Assembly: GCA_002840555.1 (NCBI GenBank)
Contig: PHBJ01000005.1
Location: forward strand, 570,698 to 634,697
Origin: Deltaproteobacteria bacterium HGW-Deltaproteobacteria-13
GTDB lineage: Bacteria > Desulfobacterota > Syntrophia > Syntrophales > Smithellaceae
DNA length: 64,000 bases
Direction of reading: 5' to 3'
This document shows, one piece after another, positions 36,396 to 46,349 of the stretch. The position numbers and the translations under genes were made by a program. The notes beneath the pieces were generated by a model. It was not told the origin of the DNA and did not search any database. It worked only from the letters and a program-made list of their open reading frames with translations. Within the stretch, counting starts at the first letter, position 1. Each line of letters starts with the position of its first letter.

Positions 36396-37520
36396 ATGAT
36401 TATTTTTTTATTGATTTTTTTATGTCTTTACGGCGGTCTTAATTTTTATGCCTTTTCCCGGGCAAAAAACGTTTTTCATTTTTCCGGTACAACAGAAATC
36501 ATAATAATAACTTTACTTTGTCTGCTGATCCTGGCCCCGATTATCATACGATTTGCGGAGAAACTTCACCTGGAGACATTGGCCCGATTCATTGCCTATT
36601 TCGGCTATCTCTGGATGGCTTTTGTTTTTTTATTCTTCTTTATCAATATTACCCTGGACCTGGCAGGATATATATTTAAGTTCTTTTCCCCAGGCGCGGG
36701 AAGCATTCTGCTGAAAAACATTTCCTTCAGTCTGGCTGTGTTGCTTTCTTTTATTTTTGTCGTTTATGGATTTTTTGACGCCCAGAGAGTCAGGATCAAA
36801 AAATTGGAAATTCACACCCAAAAATTGTTGCCCGATAGCGGAAGAATCCGGATTGTCCAGATATCCGACGTGCATGTCGGGTTAATTATCCGCGATAAAC
36901 GTCTGAAAATCATTCTGGATCGTGTCCGGGAGGCCAAGCCCGATATTCTGGTTTCTACGGGAGATCTGCTGGACGGTGAGCTGAATAATGTTATGTCGGA
37001 AACAAAGCAATTTTCGCAAATAAAATCCATGTATGGCAACTATGCGATTCCCGGCAATCATGAATATTATGCCGGAATCGAAAAAGCTCTGGAATTCACC
37101 AAAGAAGCAGGATTTGAAATCTTACGGGACGAAAGCAGACAAGTGGCGGGAATAAATATTATCGGCCTGGACGACCCGACCGGCAGAAAATCAGGTTTTA
37201 TAAAAAATAATGCTCTTTTATCAGAAGGTCCGGCGGCAAAACAAGATGACCGATTCATTTTATTGTTAAAACACCAGCCGTACATCAATGAAAATGAGAA
37301 TTTTAACCTTCAGCTTTCCGGCCACACCCATGGCGGCCAAATTCTTCCTTTCGGGATGGTAATACGTTTATTCTTCCCCAAAATCTATGGGTACTATAAG
37401 TTAGGGGAGAATCAATCCCTTTATATAAGCCAGGGGGCCGGCACCTGGGGACCGCCCGTGCGCTTTTTCGCGCCGCCGGAAATTACAGTCATTGATTTAA
37501 TAGGTAAAAAAGATAGTTAA
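36396..37520 (+). CDS. Membrane-anchored calcineurin-like metallophosphoesterase
   Basis: About 4 N-terminal TM helices. Motifs ISDVHVG, GDLLDG, PGNHEYY and SGHTHGGQ. Confidence 0.85.
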   Translation: MIIFLLIFLCLYGGLNFYAFSRAKNVFHFSGTTEIIIITLLCLLILAPIIIRFAEKLHLETLARFIAYFGYLWMAFVFLFFFINITLDLAGYIFKFFSPGAGSILLKNISFSLAVLLSFIFVVYGFFDAQRVRIKKLEIHTQKLLPDSGRIRIVQISDVHVGLIIRDKRLKIILDRVREAKPDILVSTGDLLDGELNNVMSETKQFSQIKSMYGNYAIPGNHEYYAGIEKALEFTKEAGFEILRDESRQVAGINIIGLDDPTGRKSGFIKNNALLSEGPAAKQDDRFILLLKHQPYINENENFNLQLSGHTHGGQILPFGMVIRLFFPKIYGYYKLGENQSLYISQGAGTWGPPVRFFAPPEITVIDLIGKKDS

Positions 37521-38090
37521 ATTAGTTATATCAATACAATTAATCCACCCGTGGAATTAATTCCATTCAGCCATTTTCTTTCATTTGCTCAACGATATTT
37601 AATTTTTATAAACAAAAGCAATTAAGATCATGACACCAGAAAATGAGACAAATTTTTTAAGGTGTAAAAGCATAAAAAACCTTTGATTTTTTCCCTGATA
37701 AAATACCTTTTTTCCCTTGACAATATGGAATAGCTTATATATTGTTTTGTAACTTTTCAGATAACTAAGTTGTTTGTTTCCTTAGAAGTACTGACATGTT
37801 TAAATTGCCAGTGTTCATTTGTGCGTCGAAGGGAGACACAATCATTAATTTGATTGCAAATAAAATTAACTGAGTAATTAATGACAATTAATTTAATCTC
37901 GCCAGTTCAATATTATTTCAACAAAAATATTAGGCCATAATTTTATATTATATATAGCTGTTTGTATCATTTGAATAAAAGCGACTTGTCTTAAATTACA
38001 GTGCCACAACGTACTTAAATTGAATTATGCTATCGGTATTATTTTAACGTTGTAGAGGGAAGTTTTGTAAATTTTTTGACCTAAAGGACA

Positions 38091-39305
38091 ATGATGAAAA
38101 ACAGGGTTTTTGTTTATTGGTTATCAGTTGTTTTTATTGCGTGCATGTTTTTTGCAGCCGTTCCCATTCAGGCACAGGAACCCTTCAGGGGAACACAACT
38201 TGCTCTAAGAGGCCTTAACGCAGATGACGAAGAAACTGCGGCTGATGATGCAACACCTCAAAGCCCTCAGACAAAAGCAATAGAAACCAAAAAGAATAAT
38301 TTGCCTCAAAATCCTCGACCGGAGGCAAACGAACCGAAAAAAGACAGCGCCCCTCAAAGTCTTGAACAAGAAGTAAAAGAGCTCAAAGAAGAAGTTCAAA
38401 GAATTCGCAGTGAGAATGAAGCCCGTAAAAGACTGGAGGTGCCTGAAGAGGAAAAGAGTAAATCGGTAGAGGATATTCTTTCCGCCGTCGGCAATCAATA
38501 CACTCTATTAAAAAAGGGAACGATCGGACTTCAATATGGTTTCAATTACTCATATTATTCCGGAGATGTCATCAATGAAGCAACCCGGGTTGAACGCAGG
38601 TCCAACCATAACTTAACGAACATTATTACCGGTCAATACGCTCTGCTCAATAATCTTACCATGAGTGCCAGCGTTCCCTTCGCCTACAAGTATAACCTTG
38701 TGGGAACGTCATCATCCCAGGAATCAACGGATTTAGGCGACATATCACTGGGTTTAACGATGCAGCCGTTAAAGTCCGGAGCAAGCCTTCCTCCCATTAT
38801 ATTCAGTCTCGGTGTTTCTTTGCCCACGGGAACCAGTCCTTATTCCGTCAATCCTCTTCATTCGCTGGCAAGCGGCTCAGGTCTCTATACATTCAGCGGC
38901 GGGCTTTCCGTAAGCAAGGTCATCGATCCTCTGGTTGCCTTCGGCAACCTGACCTATAACTACAGTCTTCCGGCAAGCGGTCTGTCTCAAAGATGGGGGA
39001 CATCGGATACCCTGACCAAAGTTGAGCCCGGCAACAGCATTGGCATGGCCCTTGGGTTCGGTTATGCCCTTTCCTATCAGGCTTCTCTAAACTTAAGCGC
39101 TCAGTTGAGCTACTCTTTCAACAGCAGATACACTCTCAACGAGACGTCAAGCTATGAATCCGGCAGTTCACTTGCTTCTACATTTAACGTAGGAACCGGG
39201 TGGCGGATTACCCCCACGAGATCCATATATGTGTCGCTGGGTATCGGACTGACAATTAATGACCCGGATTTATCTTTGTCTTTTACTGTGCCGTTTGAAT
39301 TTTAA
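38091..39305 (+). CDS. Outer-membrane beta-barrel protein with N-terminal Pro/Glu-rich and coiled-coil segment
   Basis: Signal peptide ending AQA|QE. The coiled coil is EQEVKELKEEVQRIRSENEARKRLE. The remainder of about 270 aa has an alternating beta pattern and ends in the aromatic terminus FTVPFEF. Confidence 0.6.
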   Translation: MMKNRVFVYWLSVVFIACMFFAAVPIQAQEPFRGTQLALRGLNADDEETAADDATPQSPQTKAIETKKNNLPQNPRPEANEPKKDSAPQSLEQEVKELKEEVQRIRSENEARKRLEVPEEEKSKSVEDILSAVGNQYTLLKKGTIGLQYGFNYSYYSGDVINEATRVERRSNHNLTNIITGQYALLNNLTMSASVPFAYKYNLVGTSSSQESTDLGDISLGLTMQPLKSGASLPPIIFSLGVSLPTGTSPYSVNPLHSLASGSGLYTFSGGLSVSKVIDPLVAFGNLTYNYSLPASGLSQRWGTSDTLTKVEPGNSIGMALGFGYALSYQASLNLSAQLSYSFNSRYTLNETSSYESGSSLASTFNVGTGWRITPTRSIYVSLGIGLTINDPDLSLSFTVPFEF

Positions 39306-39471
39306 GGCTTTTTTTAAGTATGAAAATATGGAGGGCGGCAATACTTATAAAAAAGTAGAATGAGTTGAAATTGCATTTTTTATTTTGTTTATTTTTTTTG
39401 CGCCAATGAACTGGAAATGTTTCTTGTTTAATATTTATTTTTTATAAAAAAACAATGGGGGAGCAGTAATA

Positions 39472-41373
39472 ATGATAAAAATTTTAAAGCTCACAATGTT
39501 TATTGCCCATTTACCATTATCGGCATTTATTTTATTTCGGAAAGGGAAAAATGATTTAAACAAATTACCACGTTTGCATGCCAATATTTACCTGATAGGC
39601 ATAATCGCAGCCGCAGGCTTGTTTCTCCAGACACCGCAGGCGGAAAGTGCGTTCATTGAGCAGCTGGCCATTGATCCGGTAGCCATTTCACTCGCTAATA
39701 CTGTTACCGCTTCCCCTCCCGGCATCAGCTCAATTCATTACAATCCTGCCGGACTTTCACTCATGGGCGACGGTAATTTTATCAGCACAGGCGCTATCAT
39801 CCCTATTATCAAGAAGACCTCCAGATTCACAGCCGACCCCAACTTTGAACAGTTTCATGATTATCAGGGGAACGCCATTAAGGATCCTCTTGCCGGCACC
39901 GAGGGAACCAATACCTCCGGCAGGATGTATCTTCCTGTCCTGGACACTAACCTGGATTTTTTAATAGCTCCCGTGTTGGGTCTCTCTCATCGAAATCCCG
40001 GTTCAAAGTGGACGTTCGGCTACAGCGCCTATGTCCCTTTTGCCGTTGGAATAAATTGTGGAGATGGGAATGACCCGTCGCGTTATGACGGGAAGGCGGT
40101 GTATTTGCAACATCTGATCTACGCCGGTCCGGCGGTAAGCTACAGGTTACACAAGACACTGTCATTAGGAGCTTCTTTCGGGCTGGGACAGACGGCAATG
40201 GGCATAGACATGAATGTAAGAGCGCCCAACGAAATAGTAAACATAACAAAAGTTCTCGGAGACACTACCCAGGGCATGTCCAATCCAATATTCAACCTGA
40301 TGGGAATTCCCATGCCCTTGTTCGGAGGAGGACTGGGCCCTTATCAGGATGTAGGAAATCTGTCATTTAATATACGCGATGATTTTTCACCCTCTTTCAA
40401 TTTAGGCACGTTGTGGGAACCCTTTGAATGGATCTCCTTCGGTTTATCTTATCAGAGCCCTATCAAATCACACTTATCCGGAAAGTATAGTTTCAAATAC
40501 AGTCAGGAATGGCAGAATATGACTTACTGGATGGGACAAAACGCGCTCATGCAGATTATTTCCATGGTATTCGATCTGCCTTACCAGTCTGTCACGGAAC
40601 AGACCGGAACCGTTACGACGGATTTGGAATTGCCGCAGGTAGTCAATTTTGGAATCAAGCTCAAACCTGTAAAACGGCTTTCGCTTCTGGCTGACCTTCA
40701 CTGGGCAAACTGGTCTTCCGTGAAACAGGACAACATCGTCTTTGATCAGAAAATTCAGCTTCTCCAGATGGCCAAGTTTATGGGCTATGCCGGGGGAGCA
40801 TATAATATGGTGCTGCAACGAGACTTCAAGGACACTTTGAACTGGGGAGTCGGCATCGAATATCAGGCGCTGGATTGGCTGGCGCTTCGCGCCGGATACG
40901 AAAATCGGACAGCCTCCACTCGGGATCAATTCTATGACCTGTTATATTGCCTTCCCTCCCTGGATTCATACGGGGCGGGCGTGGGAATCAAGTGGAACGA
41001 CATCAATATTGATCTTGCTCTCGGTTACTTAGTCAACAAATCGTATACAATTAGTAATAACGGCAGTGTCAACATGAATTCCACCGTTCTCGGCGCCGGA
41101 CTTCAAAATCCTTACAGGGGTCTGAATTACGAGCAGGAAACCATTACCTACATGGGAGGCCTCAAAGTAACAACGCCTCTTGAGATGGTTACCGGAATGC
41201 TTTATAAGAGCATAGCTTATGTGACACCATCCAGATGGTCCAAAGTTGCTCCGGCTAAAGGCAGTTTGAAGGCTGCGGGAACGGGAATGGAGAAGCCTGT
41301 AGATTCATCTTCGGCCATTATTAATAATTTGCGGCCCGAAGGAAAATACTATTATATAGAAGACAGCGAGTAA
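39472..41373 (+). CDS. FadL/OmpP1/TodX-family outer-membrane channel for hydrophobic compounds (oversized)
   Basis: AIDPVAISLANTVTA..GISSIHYNPAGLSLM is an N-terminal hatch-like motif. Beta-rich body of 633 aa. The start codon is uncertain, because the signal peptide IGIIAAAGLFLQTPQAESA lies about 40 aa inside the ORF. Confidence 0.65.
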   Translation: MIKILKLTMFIAHLPLSAFILFRKGKNDLNKLPRLHANIYLIGIIAAAGLFLQTPQAESAFIEQLAIDPVAISLANTVTASPPGISSIHYNPAGLSLMGDGNFISTGAIIPIIKKTSRFTADPNFEQFHDYQGNAIKDPLAGTEGTNTSGRMYLPVLDTNLDFLIAPVLGLSHRNPGSKWTFGYSAYVPFAVGINCGDGNDPSRYDGKAVYLQHLIYAGPAVSYRLHKTLSLGASFGLGQTAMGIDMNVRAPNEIVNITKVLGDTTQGMSNPIFNLMGIPMPLFGGGLGPYQDVGNLSFNIRDDFSPSFNLGTLWEPFEWISFGLSYQSPIKSHLSGKYSFKYSQEWQNMTYWMGQNALMQIISMVFDLPYQSVTEQTGTVTTDLELPQVVNFGIKLKPVKRLSLLADLHWANWSSVKQDNIVFDQKIQLLQMAKFMGYAGGAYNMVLQRDFKDTLNWGVGIEYQALDWLALRAGYENRTASTRDQFYDLLYCLPSLDSYGAGVGIKWNDINIDLALGYLVNKSYTISNNGSVNMNSTVLGAGLQNPYRGLNYEQETITYMGGLKVTTPLEMVTGMLYKSIAYVTPSRWSKVAPAKGSLKAAGTGMEKPVDSSSAIINNLRPEGKYYYIEDSE

Positions 41374-41461
41374 TCAAAAACGGTTTAAGCTTTCTTCCCG
41401 ATAACATGATCTGCCCGGGGATTTTTCCTTACCCCGGCCATGATGGCCCATGGTCAGTCAT

Positions 41462-43330
41462 TTAAAGGAATAGCCCTGCCTGCCGCAAATCACTTTCCAT
41501 GACCCGCAGGTGTTCCTGCTTCGGTTTGTAATAATCACTGATATTGTTCTTATAGATATCGTAAATGACGTGACTTGCCGGCAGATTTAAATTAACATAC
41601 AAACTAAAAACATTGAGAAGCACTTCCGGATTCCTGACATTTCTGAAACGCATGGGGCCGAGATCAACCCCTCTTATTTCCGGCGGGACCCGGGAAAGAA
41701 GTGATTCATGAATCAGGACGGCCGCGTTTTGCTCAAAATATAAAAGCCGCCATCCGGCTTTCAGAAAATCGAAAATCAAGGGAAGCTCCCTGTAATTGAT
41801 GAGCGCTATCTTAAAAGGATATTTTTTCGTGAAATCCCTTATGGCCGCAGGCGACGATGGCTTGCTGATAAATTCCCAATAATCGGGGGCAACCTGTTTG
41901 CAAAACGGCCCCAGGCGCGGATCAATAAAAACTTTGTAATCAGGATACAGTGCCCACAGCAGATAGCCGCCGGTAACATAGTCGTTGAATACCGGTCCTT
42001 CCAGCCTGTACTTCTTCAAGAAGGCAACTTCCTTCACCGGCGCGAAACTGTCAAGTCCGGCGCCGAACCATTTATTATCCGCTCCGTATCTGAAAGTGAA
42101 ATAGGAAATGTTGACAAAAAATAAGATAAAAACCAGCAAAGACAGGATGGTTGCTCTGGCGGGAATGCTCTTTAAATTCAACCGGTGAAGCATGTAATAA
42201 AATGAGAAAAAAAACGCAAGAGGTAAAATGTAAATTCCCCGGACCGTACTCATCGCTCCCCAATACGTGCAAACGGTGATAAGCAGAAAAGTGAAGTCGC
42301 AGGATTTCTTTTTTATCAATTCATAAACGAAAAGACCCAATAGAATGAGCATCATTATAGCCATGATTAAGACAACCTGGCCCGTCATAAAAAAGGAAAC
42401 ATTGATATGCCTTAGATCTTTAAAGTTTGACCAGAGGCTGACATAGGCCTGAATATATTTGACGTTGATCGTATAGGCATCGGACATCACACCATTATAA
42501 ATGCTTAACAGATAGTCTATTCCGTAAGGATTCAGCAAGGTGGCCAACCCGGACAGAAAACACGCACTCCACAAATGAACCAATTCATTCATGGTAAAGG
42601 ATTCCCGCGGGAAGAAAATTCTGTTTAAAAGTTCACCGGCGGCAAGTCCGGCCAGAAGACAGAACCCTATGACGAAAGCGCCGTGCAAATTGACCCATAA
42701 AGCGAAAATCAAGGGATAAAGATAGAAAAGAAACTTCCGGCGGTTGATCTTGACGCAATAAAAGATAAATAACGTCCAACAAAAAAAGAGCACGGAAAAC
42801 AATTCCGGTTTGTAGAAGCGGCAGGCGATGGAGCAAACGATACCAATGGCGGCAATGATGGTTAAACCCGTTACATCCAGCCGCTGACGCAACAGTCGAA
42901 GAAAAAGGTAAAAGGAAAGAAAAATTCCGAGGAATATAAGCCACTGAAAAATCCATAAACCGAACCCGCCCAGGAAATTGTAAAACAAATAAATAACGAT
43001 GCTTCCCAGACAGGTATTATAAATCCAGGCCGGGTCTGTCGGAGTCCAGGAAAAAACAGAAAGATCCATGACGAGCGTGTGATGAGTCAAATAATACTTA
43101 CCGAGCGCCATCTGCCACCAAACGTCATAATCTAAACGGTCCACGGGATATCTGAGCAGAATCATGACCGGGAGGAACGCCATGATCATCCATTTTAGAT
43201 AACGGGAAGAAGCTGCTTTTTCCGAAAACACGAGAAAAGGAGAAAGGATGGAAAGGAATTTTCCCCGTTTATTCATCAGATCATTTGCTGACCGGTTATT
43301 CGTGATGGTCTTTCCCTTATCCATAAGCAT
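41462..43330 (-). CDS. Large polytopic membrane protein, paralog 1 (GT-C-like architecture, unclassified)
   Basis: 622 aa. About 12-13 TM helices, an acidic first-loop motif YPVDRLDYDVWWQM, LWVNLHGAFV, and a C-terminal soluble domain of about 215 aa containing FNDYVTGGYLLW. Roughly 70 percent identical by eye to ORF 44358-46337. Confidence 0.6.
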   Translation of the reverse strand: MLMDKGKTITNNRSANDLMNKRGKFLSILSPFLVFSEKAASSRYLKWMIMAFLPVMILLRYPVDRLDYDVWWQMALGKYYLTHHTLVMDLSVFSWTPTDPAWIYNTCLGSIVIYLFYNFLGGFGLWIFQWLIFLGIFLSFYLFLRLLRQRLDVTGLTIIAAIGIVCSIACRFYKPELFSVLFFCWTLFIFYCVKINRRKFLFYLYPLIFALWVNLHGAFVIGFCLLAGLAAGELLNRIFFPRESFTMNELVHLWSACFLSGLATLLNPYGIDYLLSIYNGVMSDAYTINVKYIQAYVSLWSNFKDLRHINVSFFMTGQVVLIMAIMMLILLGLFVYELIKKKSCDFTFLLITVCTYWGAMSTVRGIYILPLAFFFSFYYMLHRLNLKSIPARATILSLLVFILFFVNISYFTFRYGADNKWFGAGLDSFAPVKEVAFLKKYRLEGPVFNDYVTGGYLLWALYPDYKVFIDPRLGPFCKQVAPDYWEFISKPSSPAAIRDFTKKYPFKIALINYRELPLIFDFLKAGWRLLYFEQNAAVLIHESLLSRVPPEIRGVDLGPMRFRNVRNPEVLLNVFSLYVNLNLPASHVIYDIYKNNISDYYKPKQEHLRVMESDLRQAGLFL

Positions 43331-43416
43331 ACCTATCGATATTAAAACACGCTAACAATTAATCGCTATAAAGAACAAATCCAAACATGCAAATGCGCCT
43401 CTTCATCCGGGCACAT

Positions 43417-44187
43417 TCAATCGGAAGCGAACTGATCAAACCATTTATGATAGGTATAATATCCTCTGGAAATCTCAAAGCCGAATTTCATCAAAACTTT
43501 TTGCACCGAAATATTCTTAAGCTGCGTGGAGATAACCATCTTTTTAGCATTTTTTGAAAGGCACCACTCCATCGCCTTGCACAAAAAAGAATGATAGATA
43601 CCCTGCCCTTGAAAATCTGGATGAATACCACCAAGGAACATCTCACCTTCATCGGGATTATTCATTCTTAAAACACCAAAGCCTACTATTCGGCCTTTTA
43701 TTTCACCTGCTAAGAAATTATCGGAAGATCTGGAAGTAAAGGCTTTATGCGCCCAGTCAGCGTATGCTTCATCACATTGATCGTTATCCAATCTCTGATC
43801 AGCATGGTAATGTCCCAGATAGCCACGAAATGATTCTTCGGCTACGGCTATCATTTCGTCTTCCTCGTCAGCACGAATGGGCCTGACCTGAGCCACGCCA
43901 TGATCATCAGGAACGGCTTGCCGGATAAGATCAATGTTGTAATAAAGAAGGGTATCCATCAACAGAAAGCCTTCTTTTTCCATGGCCTGTGCCGCCTCAA
44001 GATCGGACAGATTGCAGCGGGCAATGAGCAATGCTATCTTTTCTTTGGCGCAGAAATTAAGCGTTGAAGACAAACCCTCTGCTGTCAAACCAATAATTCT
44101 TGCTGTTTTAGCGCCAAACCGCTCTCTATCAACATCCGAAACAAACACGTCAGATGAGACCAAATTCATTAATCCTCCCTGCTGCAT
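43417..44187 (-). CDS. GNAT N-acetyltransferase, WecD (dTDP-fucosamine acetyltransferase)-like two-domain architecture
   Basis: An N-terminal non-catalytic domain (RERFGAKTARI...EKEGFLLMDTLLYY) followed by a GNAT core (RIVGFGVLR...IHPDFQGQGIY). Confidence 0.6.
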   Translation of the reverse strand: MQQGGLMNLVSSDVFVSDVDRERFGAKTARIIGLTAEGLSSTLNFCAKEKIALLIARCNLSDLEAAQAMEKEGFLLMDTLLYYNIDLIRQAVPDDHGVAQVRPIRADEEDEMIAVAEESFRGYLGHYHADQRLDNDQCDEAYADWAHKAFTSRSSDNFLAGEIKGRIVGFGVLRMNNPDEGEMFLGGIHPDFQGQGIYHSFLCKAMEWCLSKNAKKMVISTQLKNISVQKVLMKFGFEISRGYYTYHKWFDQFASD

Positions 44188-44357
44188 ACTTCCTAAACAG
44201 ACGTATTAAACTCATTGACACACCGCTATCCGAAAATCCATGCGTTTTAATGATACGCTTACAGATATTTCACCATCACAAAATCAAGACTTGCCCTGAA
44301 AAAACAAAATTTTTATTTACCATAAACAATATCATTGAGTAATGCCTGCTGCCAAAT

Positions 44358-46337
44358 TCAACTTTTCCCCTGCATCACTGACGGAGACAGCCCGTCGGCC
44401 TTGTTCTGAAGTGCTTTTTCTTTAAGCCGGATGTTAATGTCCATCACCCGTAGAACGTCCGGCTTCGGCTGGTAACAATCGCTGACATTCTTTTTGAAGA
44501 CATAATAGATGTAACGGCCTGCTTGAGGATTCAGACGAACATAAAAATTAAAAACATTAAGAAGAATTTCCGGATTTTTGACATTTCTAAAACGCAAAGG
44601 GCTAAGATCAACGTCGCCCATTTTCGACCTGACAGCGGGGAGGAGCGATTTGTGAATCAATATTGCGGCGTTCTTTTCAAAGTACAGAAGACGCCATTCG
44701 TCACCGGCTTTCAGAAACTCGAAAATCAAGAAAAGCTGCCTGTAATGCATTATCACAATCTTGAAAGGATATTTCTCCGTAAATTGGCGGATGTCCTCAC
44801 GGGTCACATGCTTCGAGGTAAATTCCATATAATCCGGAAAAACCCGGTTTTGGTAAAGGCCTCCGCGGGGATCAATGAAAACCTTGTAATCCGGATAGAG
44901 ATCCCACACCAGATAGCCGCCGATGACATAATCATTGAATACCGGCCCTTCCAGCTTACATTTTTTCAAAAAAGCAACTTCCTTAACCGGTACGAAATTG
45001 TCGATTCCTGCGCCAAACCATTTGCTGTCCGTGCCGAATCTTATGGTATAATAAGAAATACTGACAAAAAAGAAAAGAAAAACCAGCAAAGAAAAAATCG
45101 TTGCCCTGGCGGGGATTTTCTTCAGTTTCAACCGGTAAATCTGCAGATAGAGAAAAATAAAGAAAAAGGCAATGGGGAAAAAATAACATGCCCGGCTTGT
45201 CTCCATGCCTTTCCAATATAAGGCAAAACTGAGTATCGGCAAAGTAAAATCGAATGACCTCTTTTTTACTAATTCATAAATAAAAAGGATAAGAAGGGAA
45301 ATAATCATCACGGTCATTATCCATGCGGTGAGGCCCGCATTGAAAAAAGAAATGCCCGTATATCTTAAATACGGCCAGAGGCTGACATAAGCTAAAATAG
45401 ACTTGTCGTACGGTCCGGAATAGTTCTGAATATTAATCGCATTCATCAAAGTCGGAAACAGGCTTGTCAGGTAGTTGATGCCATAGGGATTTAACAGCGT
45501 GGCCGCCCCGGATAAAATGCCCGCAACTCCCAAATGAATCAGTTCTTTCGTCGTCCATGATTCCCTGGAAAAGAAAATCCTGTTTAAAAGCTCACCGAGA
45601 AAAGCCAGTGCGAGAAAAGTCAGGCCGACAACGAAAGCCCCATGCAAATTAACCCATAAAGCGAAAATCAAGGGATAAAGATAGAAAAGAAACTTCCGGC
45701 GGGTTATCTTGACGCAAAAAAAGATAAATACCACCCAGCAAAACAGAAGGGGAGAAAACAATTCCGGCTTATAGAAGCGGCAGGCAAGAGAACAGGCAAT
45801 ACCAATGGCGGCAATAAGGGTAACGCTATTGATGTCCAACCGCTGACGAGCCAGCCGAAGAAAGAGATAATAAGCAAGAAAGACTCCCAAAAAGATGAAC
45901 CACTGAAAAAGCCACAGACCAAAACCGCCCATGAAGTTGTAAAATAAATAAATAACGATGCTTCCCAGACAAGTGTTGTAAATCCAGGTCGGGTCTGTCG
46001 GCGTCCAGGAAAAGATCGAGAGATCCATGGTCAACGTGTGATGCGTAATATAATATTTGCCATGCGCCATTTGCCACCACAAATCATAATCCACCCTGTC
46101 CACGGGATATTTTAAAAGAATAAGAGCCGGCAGGAGAGCTATGATCAACCATTTCAGGTATCCTGAAGATGCCAGTTTCTCGGAAAAGGCAAACAAATAA
46201 GACATCTTTGAGGAACGATTTCCCGCAGTATGATCTGTATCCTTTAGCGTGATGTTGCTTTGATTCCCGTTTTCTTCCTGCTTATTCATAGCTCCGTTAT
46301 CCTTATCTTTCTTTATTAAATGTTCATCTGCTGCCAA
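44358..46337 (-). CDS. Large polytopic membrane protein, paralog 2 (GT-C-like architecture, unclassified)
   Basis: 659 aa with the same motifs as paralog 1 (YPVDRVDYDLWWQM, LWVNLHGAFV, FNDYVIGGYLVW). The start codon is uncertain: TTG at 46337, or the ATG 16 codons downstream. Confidence 0.6.
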   Translation of the reverse strand: MAADEHLIKKDKDNGAMNKQEENGNQSNITLKDTDHTAGNRSSKMSYLFAFSEKLASSGYLKWLIIALLPALILLKYPVDRVDYDLWWQMAHGKYYITHHTLTMDLSIFSWTPTDPTWIYNTCLGSIVIYLFYNFMGGFGLWLFQWFIFLGVFLAYYLFLRLARQRLDINSVTLIAAIGIACSLACRFYKPELFSPLLFCWVVFIFFCVKITRRKFLFYLYPLIFALWVNLHGAFVVGLTFLALAFLGELLNRIFFSRESWTTKELIHLGVAGILSGAATLLNPYGINYLTSLFPTLMNAINIQNYSGPYDKSILAYVSLWPYLRYTGISFFNAGLTAWIMTVMIISLLILFIYELVKKRSFDFTLPILSFALYWKGMETSRACYFFPIAFFFIFLYLQIYRLKLKKIPARATIFSLLVFLFFFVSISYYTIRFGTDSKWFGAGIDNFVPVKEVAFLKKCKLEGPVFNDYVIGGYLVWDLYPDYKVFIDPRGGLYQNRVFPDYMEFTSKHVTREDIRQFTEKYPFKIVIMHYRQLFLIFEFLKAGDEWRLLYFEKNAAILIHKSLLPAVRSKMGDVDLSPLRFRNVKNPEILLNVFNFYVRLNPQAGRYIYYVFKKNVSDCYQPKPDVLRVMDINIRLKEKALQNKADGLSPSVMQGKS

Positions 46338-46349
46338 ATGCCTCCGATT

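Noticed and set aside
41413-41436. A CCGGGG...CCCCGG hairpin between the convergent FadL-like gene and paralog 1, as a possible bidirectional terminator.
   Set aside because: It has only a 6-bp stem with an 11-nt loop and no flanking T or A tract. That is too weak to call.
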